Origin: a virus
IMG/VR virus record: IMGVR_UViG_3300032046_000005
Location: 32,001 to 96,000 of that record
DNA length: 64,000 nt
Strand: one strand, 5' to 3'
Under the pieces are notes generated by a model. It had not been told where the DNA came from, ran no database searches, and saw nothing but the letters and a program-made list of their open reading frames with translations. Within the stretch, counting starts at the first letter, position 1. The number at the start of each line of letters is the position of its first letter. Both the position numbers and the translations under genes were made by a program. Positions 10,074-20,075 of the stretch are shown here, in pieces.

Positions 10074-10661
10074 TCACGCGTGCCACAAATATACCGCAAA
10101 AAAATACAATGCGCTTGCTCCCTCATTGGCGTCCTTTCCCCAACTCCCCGCCAGCAAGTCTCCAAGCGTTGCGCTGAACGCGCTTGATGTCGTGTATAAA
10201 TATTGATTTCCTACAACATGAATTAAATCGAAATTTATTCCGTTGAAAATGTTTGTATCAGAATAAGTTTCTCCCGAACCAGCTGCGCCTAAATACAATT
10301 TTCCAGAATTAGAAACAATTCCACTATTAACTGTAACTAAAGTAATTTTCCAATCGTTTCTCGTCTCGGGAACGACGAAGTTAAACTGCATGTACGCGTT
10401 CACGTCGGAACTTGCCACGCTCCACGATTCTGCTCCTGCCATCGCGAACCCCTCCATTCCATACATTAAGGTTGGTGATATATAATTATTCATTAATGTT
10501 AATATAGCAACTATTTTGTCGTAAATAGCGTTTTTACTCGGTGCAATTGCAGTAATAGTATCCCAACTTGCCGCGTATGCCGTATCTGATACTAATTGTG
10601 TGAGTAATTGGGACACTTCTTCAAGTTTTCTTTCCAAGTTTTTTATCCTATTTTCTGACAT
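10074..10661 (-). CDS. tail fibre / receptor-binding protein
   Basis: N-terminal coiled coil, DTAYAASWD..TAIAPSKNAIYDKI fibre motif, beta-rich C-terminal head; follows hub gene. Confidence 0.6.
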   Translation of the reverse strand: MSENRIKNLERKLEEVSQLLTQLVSDTAYAASWDTITAIAPSKNAIYDKIVAILTLMNNYISPTLMYGMEGFAMAGAESWSVASSDVNAYMQFNFVVPETRNDWKITLVTVNSGIVSNSGKLYLGAAGSGETYSDTNIFNGINFDLIHVVGNQYLYTTSSAFSATLGDLLAGSWGKDANEGASALYFFAVYLWHA

Positions 10662-10670
10662 TGATTAACC

Positions 10671-13600
10671 TCATTTTAACTCGAATATCAATCCGTTTGA
10701 TGCTATTATCATGCATTGTTCCGATTTGGCTTCTATCTTTATTCTATCGATGGTAAAAGTGTCTTCTGTTATGGACACATCTGTCGTGGTAAACTTGAAT
10801 GTGAACACTTGTCCAGGTTGTATGAAACCAAGATCTCCTATTTCTGGTTGACAGTCGATCGTGGTTATGGCAGTCGTTCGAGCAATGATGGCATCTGCTT
10901 TTGCATTACATAATGCTGTAGTATTAAGTGTTGCATCTCTTACAATCAATAGAATGACTCCATTCTTTTGTTGGTCTTCTAAGTTAATACCATGTTCTGT
11001 TTCTGATTCAATTCCTATTGATCCTCGAACAATAACTTGATTTACTTCAGAACTTAAGAAATAACCATTAGCATCTTCAATAGGATCAAAGTAAGTAGTA
11101 CCATCATATTGTATCGCTACTAATGTATCCAATTCACCATTGTTATAATACAATTCTCCAGTAGGAGTCAAATACCAAGTAAATGTATCAATATCTTTGA
11201 AATTATCAATTAAAGTTCTCCAAGTCTTGTCTCCTGCTAATGTAAGTGTTCCCATTGCTGTTCCTGCTGTTAAAGTTCCCATCGAAATGTAAGCAATACC
11301 GTTCAAATCGTTGTTCATGTCAGTAATGATCTCGTCAGTCCTTCCTGCTTTCGAACCAGAAGGTTTGACTTGATCCATCTCTTTTGCTGGACTTTCTAAC
11401 CTTACCACTCTTAATGTTCTCGCATCATAAGCTTTTACCAAGCCTTCGAAACACACTTGATCAGGCGTTCCTTTTGCCACATGAAGGTTGTCACCTTCCA
11501 CATAATCGTTATCCCAGATCTCTGCAGGAGCGGAAAGGTATGTAGAATTTGCTACATTTTCTTGACAATCTATTCTTACTTTACTTATATTTGCAACTAC
11601 AGTTCTAAATTCTCCTCCTGTAACTCGTATTGTTTCATTGATATATAAATCAAAAGTATCTGTGGTACAATTGAACGCTACTTTAAAATGATCTAAATTT
11701 CCATCAGTTGGAACTACTCCTACAATTTCTATGGCTGCATTAACAAGATTATAATAATAATATTTATCATTGTCTATTTGTAATAATATTGCCATTGTTC
11801 CAACAGAATCGTAAAAAATGATATTTGTCATATCTGAAGCATCTTCATTTCCCCAATAGAATTCATAGGTTTCTACAGTTTGAACTACTGCAAAATTATG
11901 TACAACATAAGGATCACTTGCTCCTCCATCGTGTGTAACTTTCAATACATTTTTCATGTTATCATATTCATCTACAAGTTCACAACTACAAGTATTAGGC
12001 AAATTAATATCATCAATCCAATCTATGTCTCCAGCAATTGTTATAACTTTAGGCGTTTCGTCGTTAAAGGAGTCTGGAGAGTGCTTATAATACATGGCGT
12101 TTCCGTTTGCTGTATAATATCCAATGAGTTGCATTAACATGTTCTTCGCCACATTAATGTAGTTGCTCCTAAGCAACACCTCAGCAACAGGATAATCCTC
12201 TTTTGGATGGTCAACCCACCACTCCACGATGTAAGGCATCATGTCTTGATACTTGTAAAGCGTTCCAGCGTCTGTTATTAAATAAGTATCCGATATGGCA
12301 ATAATCACATCGTCAAAATCTTGCACGGAAATTAACCATAAATTACCTCTCGATTTTGAGATTTGATATACTTTGTCTTCGGTTAAAGAAAAACCTTTTT
12401 CTGTATTAAATCCTATATCATTTGAGGTATCACAATTACGATCTAGCATTAAAATAATATCATACTCTCCTTTCTTAGTGAATGTGTCACCTCCAATTGA
12501 ATAGGTGCAATAATAATAATCGGGATCATAAAAGAGCGTAAAAGATATAACATCTGAATTGTCGTATGTGATCGTTCTCTTATCGATTGTTGCCGGTAAT
12601 TCAGTTCCTGCACCGCAATCGCAAACTTCTATGATAGTTCCACCAGTATTGTTATAGCACCAGATTTCAACGTTCTCGTCTGACCATGCCCATAAAAAAT
12701 ATGTTTCAGTTGCGGATTTTACCATCATTTGGCTTGCATCGTAAGTTCTCCCAGCTGGAGAGCCCATGTCGTTCGAATGTTTGGCAGAAGTAGTGAGATT
12801 TTCTACATTCAAGAAATATTGTTCGTTCCCGTAAAATCTCACGGTATTGTAAACGCATCCAACTTTGATCTTGGGATAATAATGACATATTACATACATT
12901 TCTTCAAATGTTATAGTTCCTCCCCCAGTAACAGTGGGAGATGTATATTTTATCTGCAAACCATCAAGTTGTGCTTGAGTTATTGAAAGACCAGTCCAAT
13001 GTTGATGTGTCCAACCGGTTGAACTACCAAATTCAAACGTTTTCGTTCCTAACCAAGCTCCTGCATATACATTGACTTGGGCATCGTTATTAGAACATTT
13101 GTTTTTGCCATTAATCCATACTTCAATTTCACTAACATTGGTATTGGTTGGAAGCGTGATTGTATTCATATCAAGTATTTCTACTTCATTTGCAGTAGCC
13201 GTATATATAAATTTATTTGTTGGAAAATCGCCAGTTTCTGCAAGACACGACCAATGTGTGGTTGTATCAGGTGATTCGTCCCAAGTAATTGAAGAATCAC
13301 CATTAGGATGGAAATGTGAAGGAGTAACTTCAGTTCCTTTATTGAATTCTAAATTAACCTGAAAAGTGTCTAAATCTGAATCTATTAACGATAAACCCGA
13401 CCAAGTTACAGTATGCCATGCAGCAGTAGCGGTGGGAGTTATCGTTTTTGATGCAGTTGTTCCAGTTGCAGACCCTGTGACATGAATAGTGCCACCTGTA
13501 GAAGTGTCTGCTTTACAATATATATTTGTAGTTATTTCGTAGATTTCTCCAGAATCGTAAGCAGATAAATCGATTTCAGTAAAGTTAAAATTATCGTCTG

Positions 13601-14141
13601 CACCATCAGTTTGGGTATAAATCTCTTCGGTAAAAGAAGGTGCGGCAGGTGCGTCGTCAACTTCAGTATAATGATTAGCTCCAGTAGATGTCCATTCTGT
13701 CGTTACATCGGGAGCTTCTGGAGTCATTGTTGTTTCTTCTAATGTATATCCCCCCGCCTCAAAGTAATTAACGAACATCGTAGTTCCTATTTTAAAAATG
13801 TCGAACACATCACAATCAGCAAAAGATTTCACTTCTGTTATTGAATCGTCGCTTATTAAGAGAGACCAACAAAAACTCGTCCCGCCGTCGTAGTTACAAT
13901 CTATAAAATAGATTTTATCGTTTGTCCGGTCAAACCAACATCTTGCTATATTCTTAGTTCGTGTGATTATTAACGATTCAGTATCGGTCGAGACTATAAA
14001 TTTATATAATTTCGTTTGATCTATAGAATCCACATAGTATAAAGTATCAGAATCAACTTCTATGAATAAATGAGTATTTTCTGGAAGATGGGATAATGTT
14101 AGACCAGTTGATTGATAATTATAATACTTGTAACTTGTCGT
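10671..14141 (-). CDS. large baseplate hub/Tal-like protein with adhesin (propeller/LamG-like) domains; probable start ACG at 14141 (track start GTG 14033)
   Basis: C-terminal FEGLV..WYLTPTGELYY..VNQVIVRG..IQPGQVFTF is hub-like; T/D/G-rich beta domains; frame is open 36 codons upstream to an ACG preceded by GAGGCGA. Confidence 0.65.
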   Translation of the reverse strand, partial: TTSYKYYNYQSTGLTLSHLPENTHLFIEVDSDTLYYVDSIDQTKLYKFIVSTDTESLIITRTKNIARCWFDRTNDKIYFIDCNYDGGTSFCWSLLISDDSITEVKSFADCDVFDIFKIGTTMFVNYFEAGGYTLEETTMTPEAPDVTTEWTSTGANHYTEVDDAPAAPSFTEEIYTQTDGADDNFNFTEIDLSAYDSGEIYEITTNIYCKADTSTGGTIHVTGSATGTTASKTITPTATAAWHTVTWSGLSLIDSDLDTFQVNLEFNKGTEVTPSHFHPNGDSSITWDESPDTTTHWSCLAETGDFPTNKFIYTATANEVEILDMNTITLPTNTNVSEIEVWINGKNKCSNNDAQVNVYAGAWLGTKTFEFGSSTGWTHQHWTGLSITQAQLDGLQIKYTSPTVTGGGTITFEEMYVICHYYPKIKVGCVYNTVRFYGNEQYFLNVENLTTSAKHSNDMGSPAGRTYDASQMMVKSATETYFLWAWSDENVEIWCYNNTGGTIIEVCDCGAGTELPATIDKRTITYDNSDVISFTLFYDPDYYYCTYSIGGDTFTKKGEYDIILMLDRNCDTSNDIGFNTEKGFSLTEDKVYQISKSRGNLWLISVQDFDDVIIAISDTYLITDAGTLYKYQDMMPYIVEWWVDHPKEDYPVAEVLLRSNYINVAKNMLMQLIGYYTANGNAMYYKHSPDSFNDETPKVITIAGDIDWIDDINLPNTCSCELVDEYDNMKNVLKVTHDGGASDPYVVHNFAVVQTVETYEFYWGNEDASDMTNIIFYDSVGTMAILLQIDNDKYYYYNLVNAAIEIVGVVPTDGNLDHFKVAFNCTTDTFDLYINETIRVTGGEFRTVVANISKVRIDCQENVANSTYLSAPAEIWDNDYVEGDNLHVAKGTPDQVCFEGLVKAYDARTLRVVRLESPAKEMDQVKPSGSKAGRTDEIITDMNNDLNGIAYISMGTLTAGTAMGTLTLAGDKTWRTLIDNFKDIDTFTWYLTPTGELYYNNGELDTLVAIQYDGTTYFDPIEDANGYFLSSEVNQVIVRGSIGIESETEHGINLEDQQKNGVILLIVRDATLNTTALCNAKADAIIARTTAITTIDCQPEIGDLGFIQPGQVFTFKFTTTDVSITEDTFTIDRIKIEAKSEQCMIIASNGLIFELK

Positions 14142-14634
14142 TAAATCGCCTCGATATTATCTTATACAATCCAACCGTAAAAATGCTCATCATGACTATA
14201 AATAAGAAAATTATTATAGAATAAAACAATTGATAATTTGGATGTAAAAACGATAACATAAACTGTGTACCATCTCCTTTTTCGCTTCCAAACATTAAAT
14301 AGAATAAATTATAAATAATCGAAATAAAGGTTCCTATAAAAAAATCGTAGTTTTTTATAACATAAGAAAGTACCATCATGAATAATCCAATAAAACTAAC
14401 AAATAATACACCACTTATATCTATAAATCGCATATCGTTAGGTGAAATAGAACCAACTTTTTCCCAATAAGTATAAAATGCAGTTAGAGTAAATTCGAAA
14501 TGAAGAAATATATTTTTTGTCATAATAATTGCAATTATGTGTCCTATTTCGTGAATAAAACAATATACAAAAAATAATATAATACAAATAAAATTGATTC
14601 TTACTATTCTTAATATTTTCCTAATTTTGTTCAT
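14119..14634 (-). CDS. M50B-like membrane metallopeptidase
   Basis: TM helices with HEIGH and downstream GDG. Confidence 0.7.
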   Translation of the reverse strand: MNKIRKILRIVRINFICIILFFVYCFIHEIGHIIAIIMTKNIFLHFEFTLTAFYTYWEKVGSISPNDMRFIDISGVLFVSFIGLFMMVLSYVIKNYDFFIGTFISIIYNLFYLMFGSEKGDGTQFMLSFLHPNYQLFYSIIIFLFIVMMSIFTVGLYKIISRRFNDKLQVL

Positions 14635-14806
14635 TTTTTTCTTTTTCCTCCGCGCTTTTCAGTCCCAATTCCTGCTCTATTTCTGCTTTTATAGCGTTCC
14701 TTGCGATCTCGCTCAAGTTTACCTCTGGATTTAACCTTCTTAATACTTTTATGTCTTCGTAATCCAATGTCAACGCTATTTTTTTATAATTGCGACCACT
14801 TTTCAT
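14621..14806 (-). CDS. RHH/antitoxin-like small regulator
   Basis: KIALTLD...VNLSEIARNAI; own TATA at about 14828-14847. Confidence 0.6.
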   Translation of the reverse strand: MKSGRNYKKIALTLDYEDIKVLRRLNPEVNLSEIARNAIKAEIEQELGLKSAEEKEKNEQN

Positions 14807-14854
14807 TATACTATTAATATATTGGTAGGTATTTATGTTTATCGTTTTAAGAAG

Positions 14855-15289
14855 TCACCCGCATTGTTCTAATAGCACGCCATCAATTTTCCAATATTGC
14901 GTTTCTCCTTCTACTTTTCCTCCTCTTTTCAACCCATTCTTAGCGATTGCCATCGTGAGCGAACTTGCGTCTGCTCCAGCATTGTAAAAATGCACCACGT
15001 TAGTTCCTCCTGTATCTCGATATATCGAAACAGTAAAACCTCCTGCGTCGTGCCAATCGATTAAATAGTGTTGAAAGTCGTACCAATCTTGGTGCGATTC
15101 AAGAAATATGCCTTCTGCAAGCACGTTCCAAAACCGTTTTTCTAAATCATAGAACATGTGTCCTCCTCCCCCATAATGTTTAAACGTCGGATCTATGTTA
15201 AGCCAATAGTAGATGTCTTTTACTTTTATTTTCAAGTAATCAGTTCCATCGGTAATCCATAAATATCCTCCAGAAATGTAATCGGTCAT
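14855..15289 (-). CDS. distal tail (Dit)-like protein
   Basis: Immediately downstream of TMP; size and beta content fit. Confidence 0.5.
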   Translation of the reverse strand: MTDYISGGYLWITDGTDYLKIKVKDIYYWLNIDPTFKHYGGGGHMFYDLEKRFWNVLAEGIFLESHQDWYDFQHYLIDWHDAGGFTVSIYRDTGGTNVVHFYNAGADASSLTMAIAKNGLKRGGKVEGETQYWKIDGVLLEQCG

Positions 15290-15290
15290 A

Positions 15291-16253
15291 TTATCTCAAT
15301 CTCTTGAATCGATATTCGTTTCTTTGCATTTCAGCCATTTCTTCTAATAACGCGTTGTTTTGTTCTAATAACCGCAATTGTTGCGATCCTCCGCCTAATT
15401 CTTCGTTTGCTCTTTTATCGTTAAGAGGAATAACTTTTTCTGGTCCAGCTTCTCCTAACATTGCTAATGTGGGTCCTGTTACTAATCCTCCCTTTTGTAA
15501 ATAAGCAAATGTAGGCAATGCTTTTCCTCCAAATGCAGTAATTAGAGTATTCAATGCAGAAATGAATCCGTTAATTATCCATAATATTCCGTTGATTATT
15601 CCTTTGATTGCAACCCAAACCGTGTTAAATACGGTTATTAATCCATTTTTAATCATTATAATAACTCCCCACCAAAAATCCATGCTTAATAATAATCCTA
15701 CAATCATATCAGTTACTTTATTAATTATCGGACTCATTTTATCGAGAGTTTTTATCAACGGATCTAATAAAGGCATTAATGGTATTAATACAGCTCCTAA
15801 AATCTTGAATAATACGGTTAAAGGTATTAATGCAATTTGCATTATCATTCCAACAATTTGTCCTACCAATTGAAATATAGGACTCAATGCAATGAACAAA
15901 TCCATGATTGGTTTCAAAGCCATCATCAAATATGGTAATATAGCTGCTCCCATTATTTCAAACCATGATTTCATGATGTCCCAAATAGCCATCAATGGTT
16001 CTAATGCTATGAGAAGTCCTGAAAAGAGATCTAATAACATTCCCATCGGAGTTATCGACAATCCCATTCCTCCGAGCATTTTGGTTATCCCCTCGGTTCC
16101 TTTTTTTGTTTTTTTATCGCCAAGTTCATCTAAAGTATCATCTAGGGGTGTGAGAGCGTCTGCTAACTTGCCTACTGCAACCGTGATTTCTTCTATTTTT
16201 TCTGCTAAAAAGAAAACTCTTTCGTCTTCAGGACTTATGGTTTCTCCCATCAT
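15291..16253 (-). CDS. short tape measure protein (320 aa)
   Basis: Amphipathic repeats (ALKPIMDLF, LSPIFQLV) and canonical C-terminal LQKGGLVTGPTLAMLGEAGPEKVIPL. Confidence 0.85.
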   Translation of the reverse strand: MMGETISPEDERVFFLAEKIEEITVAVGKLADALTPLDDTLDELGDKKTKKGTEGITKMLGGMGLSITPMGMLLDLFSGLLIALEPLMAIWDIMKSWFEIMGAAILPYLMMALKPIMDLFIALSPIFQLVGQIVGMIMQIALIPLTVLFKILGAVLIPLMPLLDPLIKTLDKMSPIINKVTDMIVGLLLSMDFWWGVIIMIKNGLITVFNTVWVAIKGIINGILWIINGFISALNTLITAFGGKALPTFAYLQKGGLVTGPTLAMLGEAGPEKVIPLNDKRANEELGGGSQQLRLLEQNNALLEEMAEMQRNEYRFKRLR

Positions 16254-16634
16254 TTACCTCTTTTCTTTTTTAATATATTTTGGGATTTGTTGTTCTTTTA
16301 GCCATTTATCGATATCTGTATGTGAATATTGAGTGTTAAGAAATGGTTTTTTTGTAACTCCAACTGGAGTTTGAAAATTCGAAGTTCCATCTTTATTTTG
16401 ATATGGTAAATCAGATCTTCTTAATGCATATGTAGTCCAACAATAATTTAACACATGAAAATATGTTTCGAGATCCATTTCGTTTATTTCTTCAATCGAA
16501 AGATGTAAGATATCTCTCATTAGAAATTCTTGATATGGTTCTGGAACTATGGCAGAATCTGGTTTTTGAATACAGTCGCAAAACACTCTCGCAACGCGTG
16601 TTGCTTCTTTTATTGCATTGGAGAGTTCTTTCCT
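16254..16634 (-). CDS. tail assembly chaperone T extension (GT fusion via -1 frameshift)
   Basis: The -1 frame is open from the slippery site to 16254; EEINEMDL motif typical of gpT; lies between gpG and TMP. Confidence 0.75.
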   Translation of the reverse strand, partial: RKELSNAIKEATRVARVFCDCIQKPDSAIVPEPYQEFLMRDILHLSIEEINEMDLETYFHVLNYCWTTYALRRSDLPYQNKDGTSNFQTPVGVTKKPFLNTQYSHTDIDKWLKEQQIPKYIKKEKR

Positions 16635-16933
16635 AAAAAACCTGATCGAAGAGCTTCAGCAAATACTGATATTACTTCAAATATATCGGATTCTAAACCA
16701 ACTTTTTCTCCATCTAGTATCATTGAATTAGAAATTCTCAAGATCATTTTCCAATCTAGATCAAATGGAATCTTTTTTATTTTTTCTTTTGGAATCAAGT
16801 CAGTTATATTTATTTTGTTTTTGATCGCTTCTCGAACTGTTAATTTATCTCGAAAAGTTCTTTTTCCGATCAGTTTTGAAGGCGTTTCAGGTATATTAGA
16901 TTCTTCAATAGCTACCTTTTTTTCTTCAGACAT
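16610..16933 (-). CDS. tail assembly chaperone G
   Basis: Between tail tube and TMP; ends just after a slippery heptamer. Confidence 0.75.
   Translation of the reverse strand: MSEEKKVAIEESNIPETPSKLIGKRTFRDKLTVREAIKNKINITDLIPKEKIKKIPFDLDWKMILRISNSMILDGEKVGLESDIFEVISVFAEALRSGFLGKNSPMQ
16634..16640 (-). promoter_or_regulatory. -1 programmed frameshift heptamer T TTT TTA
   Basis: GGT TTT TTA GGA; slip gives AGG AAA GAA CTC..., in frame with 16586 (48 nt upstream of it). Confidence 0.8.
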
Positions 16934-16964
16934 TTTTTAACCTCTTACTTATTTTGAATAAAAA

Positions 16965-18029
16965 TCACACATCTACATGTTTTATGTAGTTATGAGGACT
17001 TGTAGTTTCGTTTCCTGTCCAACTATACGATAACACGGGATTAGCTCCTGCTACAATTTCGTAAACTGTTTCTGGAGCTTTTCCTCCTTCATCAATTCCT
17101 ATATTTGAAATATTTTTCAAATATGTATTCGTACAAACCAATTGTTTATTTGTTGCGTGCGCTACTGTTAATGGAGCAAGTGTTTTTGTCGAATATCCTA
17201 ACAATGCTTGAGCTATGTTTGTGTCAGTTGTCATTATTCCTTTAAATGTTGCTTTAAAAGGAGGTCTTGGCGCGTCATAACTACTTCCAACAGTAAGTGA
17301 ATTTAACAACCAATTTCGAGTTTTAGGTGTTTCAATTACAATTTCTCCACTCTGTATCGATAATCCTGAAAGATATGTATGTGATATCGTTACATCTTTT
17401 GAAAGAGCTACTTTTGAAGCGATATTATAAGCTTGTCCATCCCATAATGACCATCCCCCATCTGCTCCAGAAACCGCATCATTAAAACTTGCATCGTCAA
17501 GTCCATCGTCCATATCTACTATGTCAGGCGTACTTTCCGTGCATTCTACAAACATCATTGTTGCTTCTTCAATTAATGCTCCAGGTTCAAGAATCCACTT
17601 GTAAGTTGTCAATTCTCCTCCATCAAACAAAAGATTCACATCGTTCGTTCCATCAATATAGCCGTGGTGTTCAATCCATAAATTATTATTTCTATAAGTA
17701 TCTACTGACATGTTAGCTGTTATAACATCATTACTGCCATCCCATGTAGTTGTCAATGTTTTATTCGTAAAAAGCGTTAATAATAAAAACGGATCTCTAT
17801 ACATTGTTCTTATTGTTATTCCATATTCGTCGATCTTATTATCAAATAAGATCTGTGGATCTAGTTTGTTATATAAATGAATTACTTCTTGATCATATGT
17901 CAATAAATCACATTCAAACGATTTCATTGGATTGAATGGAATATGTTTATCAGTTGCTGGAACTCCTCCTTTAAACGTGTCGTTCCATCCCCAGAATGTG
18001 TAACTTCCTACTCCTTTTATATTTCCCAT
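16965..18029 (-). CDS. major tail tube protein
   Basis: Position upstream of TAC/TMP; N-terminal FWGWNDTF..GVPA, beta-rich; no sheath gene nearby. Confidence 0.7.
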   Translation of the reverse strand: MGNIKGVGSYTFWGWNDTFKGGVPATDKHIPFNPMKSFECDLLTYDQEVIHLYNKLDPQILFDNKIDEYGITIRTMYRDPFLLLTLFTNKTLTTTWDGSNDVITANMSVDTYRNNNLWIEHHGYIDGTNDVNLLFDGGELTTYKWILEPGALIEEATMMFVECTESTPDIVDMDDGLDDASFNDAVSGADGGWSLWDGQAYNIASKVALSKDVTISHTYLSGLSIQSGEIVIETPKTRNWLLNSLTVGSSYDAPRPPFKATFKGIMTTDTNIAQALLGYSTKTLAPLTVAHATNKQLVCTNTYLKNISNIGIDEGGKAPETVYEIVAGANPVLSYSWTGNETTSPHNYIKHVDV

Positions 18030-18107
18030 TTTTTATTTTTTTTTGTTTGATTTTTATATGTTAATTTGTAATATTTAATTTCTAAATCTAATTTTTTTAT
18101 CATAATT

Positions 18108-18470
18108 TTAAGGAATCAAAATAACAGTCATTCGATAAATTTTTTTATTTCGATATATGATTGGTTTTGGATTTTTTATGATTGGTCTATTTGATGATGC
18201 AAGAAAAATTGCTTTTATATCCTTAAATATATTATCTCGATTGGTATTGTTTGATGTGTAAAGTTCTAATTCACAACTTGTTTGTTCGTCATAAATTTTA
18301 ACATTATTGTAAGCATATATGGGTGTTTCATCTATATCTCTTAATGTAATACCTTTATTAATTGATCCTCTTTTTGAAGTTTTTTGTAATACTAATACAT
18401 CAGGAACAGAACCATAATTTGTCCATGTTCCATCTTGTAAGATGGTTTGAACAGATTCAGCGCACGTCAT
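18108..18470 (-). CDS. tail terminator / neck protein
   Basis: 120 aa, upstream of tail tube, ELELYT...RDNIFKDIK pattern. Confidence 0.55.
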   Translation of the reverse strand: MTCAESVQTILQDGTWTNYGSVPDVLVLQKTSKRGSINKGITLRDIDETPIYAYNNVKIYDEQTSCELELYTSNNTNRDNIFKDIKAIFLASSNRPIIKNPKPIIYRNKKIYRMTVILIP

Positions 18471-18473
18471 GAT

Positions 18474-18836
18474 TTATCCTATATTTCCAACTAATTTATA
18501 TCCTAATAAAACTCCAATTCGATGCAAGCGATCTCGGTCTCGTTCATGTAAATAATCTTTAGGAACATATGTCATTGTATTTTCGCCACGATTTCTTCCT
18601 TCTTCTTCGTCAATCATTAATGATATTCCTCTTCCACATATATTTCTTAGAATTTTAGCATAAGTCGTGCTTGAAATTTCAGTTCCAGTCGTATTACCCA
18701 TCTCGTCATCCATCAATCCAGACATGTCTTCAAGCATATCGTCAAGTCCTGCTTCAGTTGGATATTCTTTATCATAAACTGCCCAACTTGCATATCCTTC
18801 TTTTTTTGCCCACTCGTCTTTGCTGCAATATACCAT
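18474..18836 (-). CDS. head-tail adaptor
   Basis: N-terminal MVYCSKDE, helical, position. Confidence 0.6.
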   Translation of the reverse strand: MVYCSKDEWAKKEGYASWAVYDKEYPTEAGLDDMLEDMSGLMDDEMGNTTGTEISSTTYAKILRNICGRGISLMIDEEEGRNRGENTMTYVPKDYLHERDRDRLHRIGVLLGYKLVGNIG

Positions 18837-18992
18837 TTTTATTAACTAGAAGCTTTTGCCATTTTTTTTAACTCGAAATATAATGATAATATAATATAAT
18901 TATTTTTTTGAAACTAATATGTTAATTTTTTTTAACTAATAATTTGATTAAAATATTAGTTTATATCATCTTATAACAAAATAAAAAAAGTT

Positions 18993-19397
18993 TTAATTTG
19001 ATTGTTTTTTGATGCCTTTCCCATACAACTTTCTAAAACTTTCAAAATCTGAAATATTGTTTAGAAAGTTATAAAACATCAATCCATTCATGCTTAGATG
19101 TTTTGCTACATCTTTTACATTTACTTTTGGATGTGGTTCTAGATGCATTTTATCTTTCAAATACAAGCATCCCATTGGCAAACCAGCTTTTCCAATTGCT
19201 TCGTCAATCGTAGCACATTCAGGATATATTTTTTTCCGATTTTTGTATTCCTTACATGACATTGTTTTTGTGTCTAAAAACTTGCAGTGTTGGTTATCAA
19301 GTATGATGTTATATCCTTCGATTAACCAACTATGAAAGCAACATCTTCCTCTTAGTTTTGAATTACAGTTTAGGCAAAGATTCTTTTCGTTCTTCAT
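18993..19397 (-). CDS. YkgJ/UPF0153-like Cys-cluster protein
   Basis: CLNC..GRCC...CKFLD..CKEYKNR...C. Confidence 0.65.
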   Translation of the reverse strand: MKNEKNLCLNCNSKLRGRCCFHSWLIEGYNIILDNQHCKFLDTKTMSCKEYKNRKKIYPECATIDEAIGKAGLPMGCLYLKDKMHLEPHPKVNVKDVAKHLSMNGLMFYNFLNNISDFESFRKLYGKGIKKQSN

Positions 19398-19974
19398 ATG
19401 TATGCGTTTTCATGTGATTTGCTAATCCAGCAGGTGAACCACATTTTTTCTTGCAAACATTACAAATCATATCCTTACTTTTTTCAATCGTTTTTTCAAG
19501 CGTTTTTTTGAACTGTTCTCTGTCTTTTATAAGTTGTTTTTCAAGTTTTTCAAGTTCATCGTTGATTTTTTGTCGATCTTCTTTAAGTTTTTCTATTTTT
19601 TTTGAATACAAATCTCCTGGAATTAACGCGTGTATTTTAGAACTGATTCTGTTTTTTTTATCATGTTCCAATGGAGAAGGCATTTGTCGTTCGTCGTGAA
19701 AGTATGCCAATGCTGTATGAATTGCTCGTAATTCATCTTCAGTTTTTATTTTCAATTCAATATCCAAGTTTTCTTTTCCAATCTTAACGTTTCCTTTTTC
19801 ATTTTCCCATTTTATCTTCACATTTGAATTAGGATAGTTCTTTTCGTAATAATCAATAACTTTTAACAAGAATTCTTTCGCTTCGATATCAAGTTTTTGT
19901 TCTACATCTTCTCGTTCTTTTTGTTTTACTTCAGAAAGCGATGGGATATATTTGTTCGTTTCGTATTTTTCCAT
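19363..19974 (-). CDS. coiled-coil protein with C-terminal C2H2 Zn finger
   Basis: CNVCKKKCGSPAGLANHMKTH. Confidence 0.65.
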   Translation of the reverse strand: MEKYETNKYIPSLSEVKQKEREDVEQKLDIEAKEFLLKVIDYYEKNYPNSNVKIKWENEKGNVKIGKENLDIELKIKTEDELRAIHTALAYFHDERQMPSPLEHDKKNRISSKIHALIPGDLYSKKIEKLKEDRQKINDELEKLEKQLIKDREQFKKTLEKTIEKSKDMICNVCKKKCGSPAGLANHMKTHTYEERKESLPKL

Positions 19975-20075
19975 GTTATCACTTCATTTTTAAATGTTTT
20001 ATATATAATATGATACTAAATGTTATATCAATATTATATAGTTCATTGTTTCTAAAAAAATTAGTAAAAAAGAAA

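Noticed and set aside
9940-10460. Diversity-generating retroelement targeting the tail fibre
   Set aside because: No reverse transcriptase and no second copy (template repeat) of this segment found in the window
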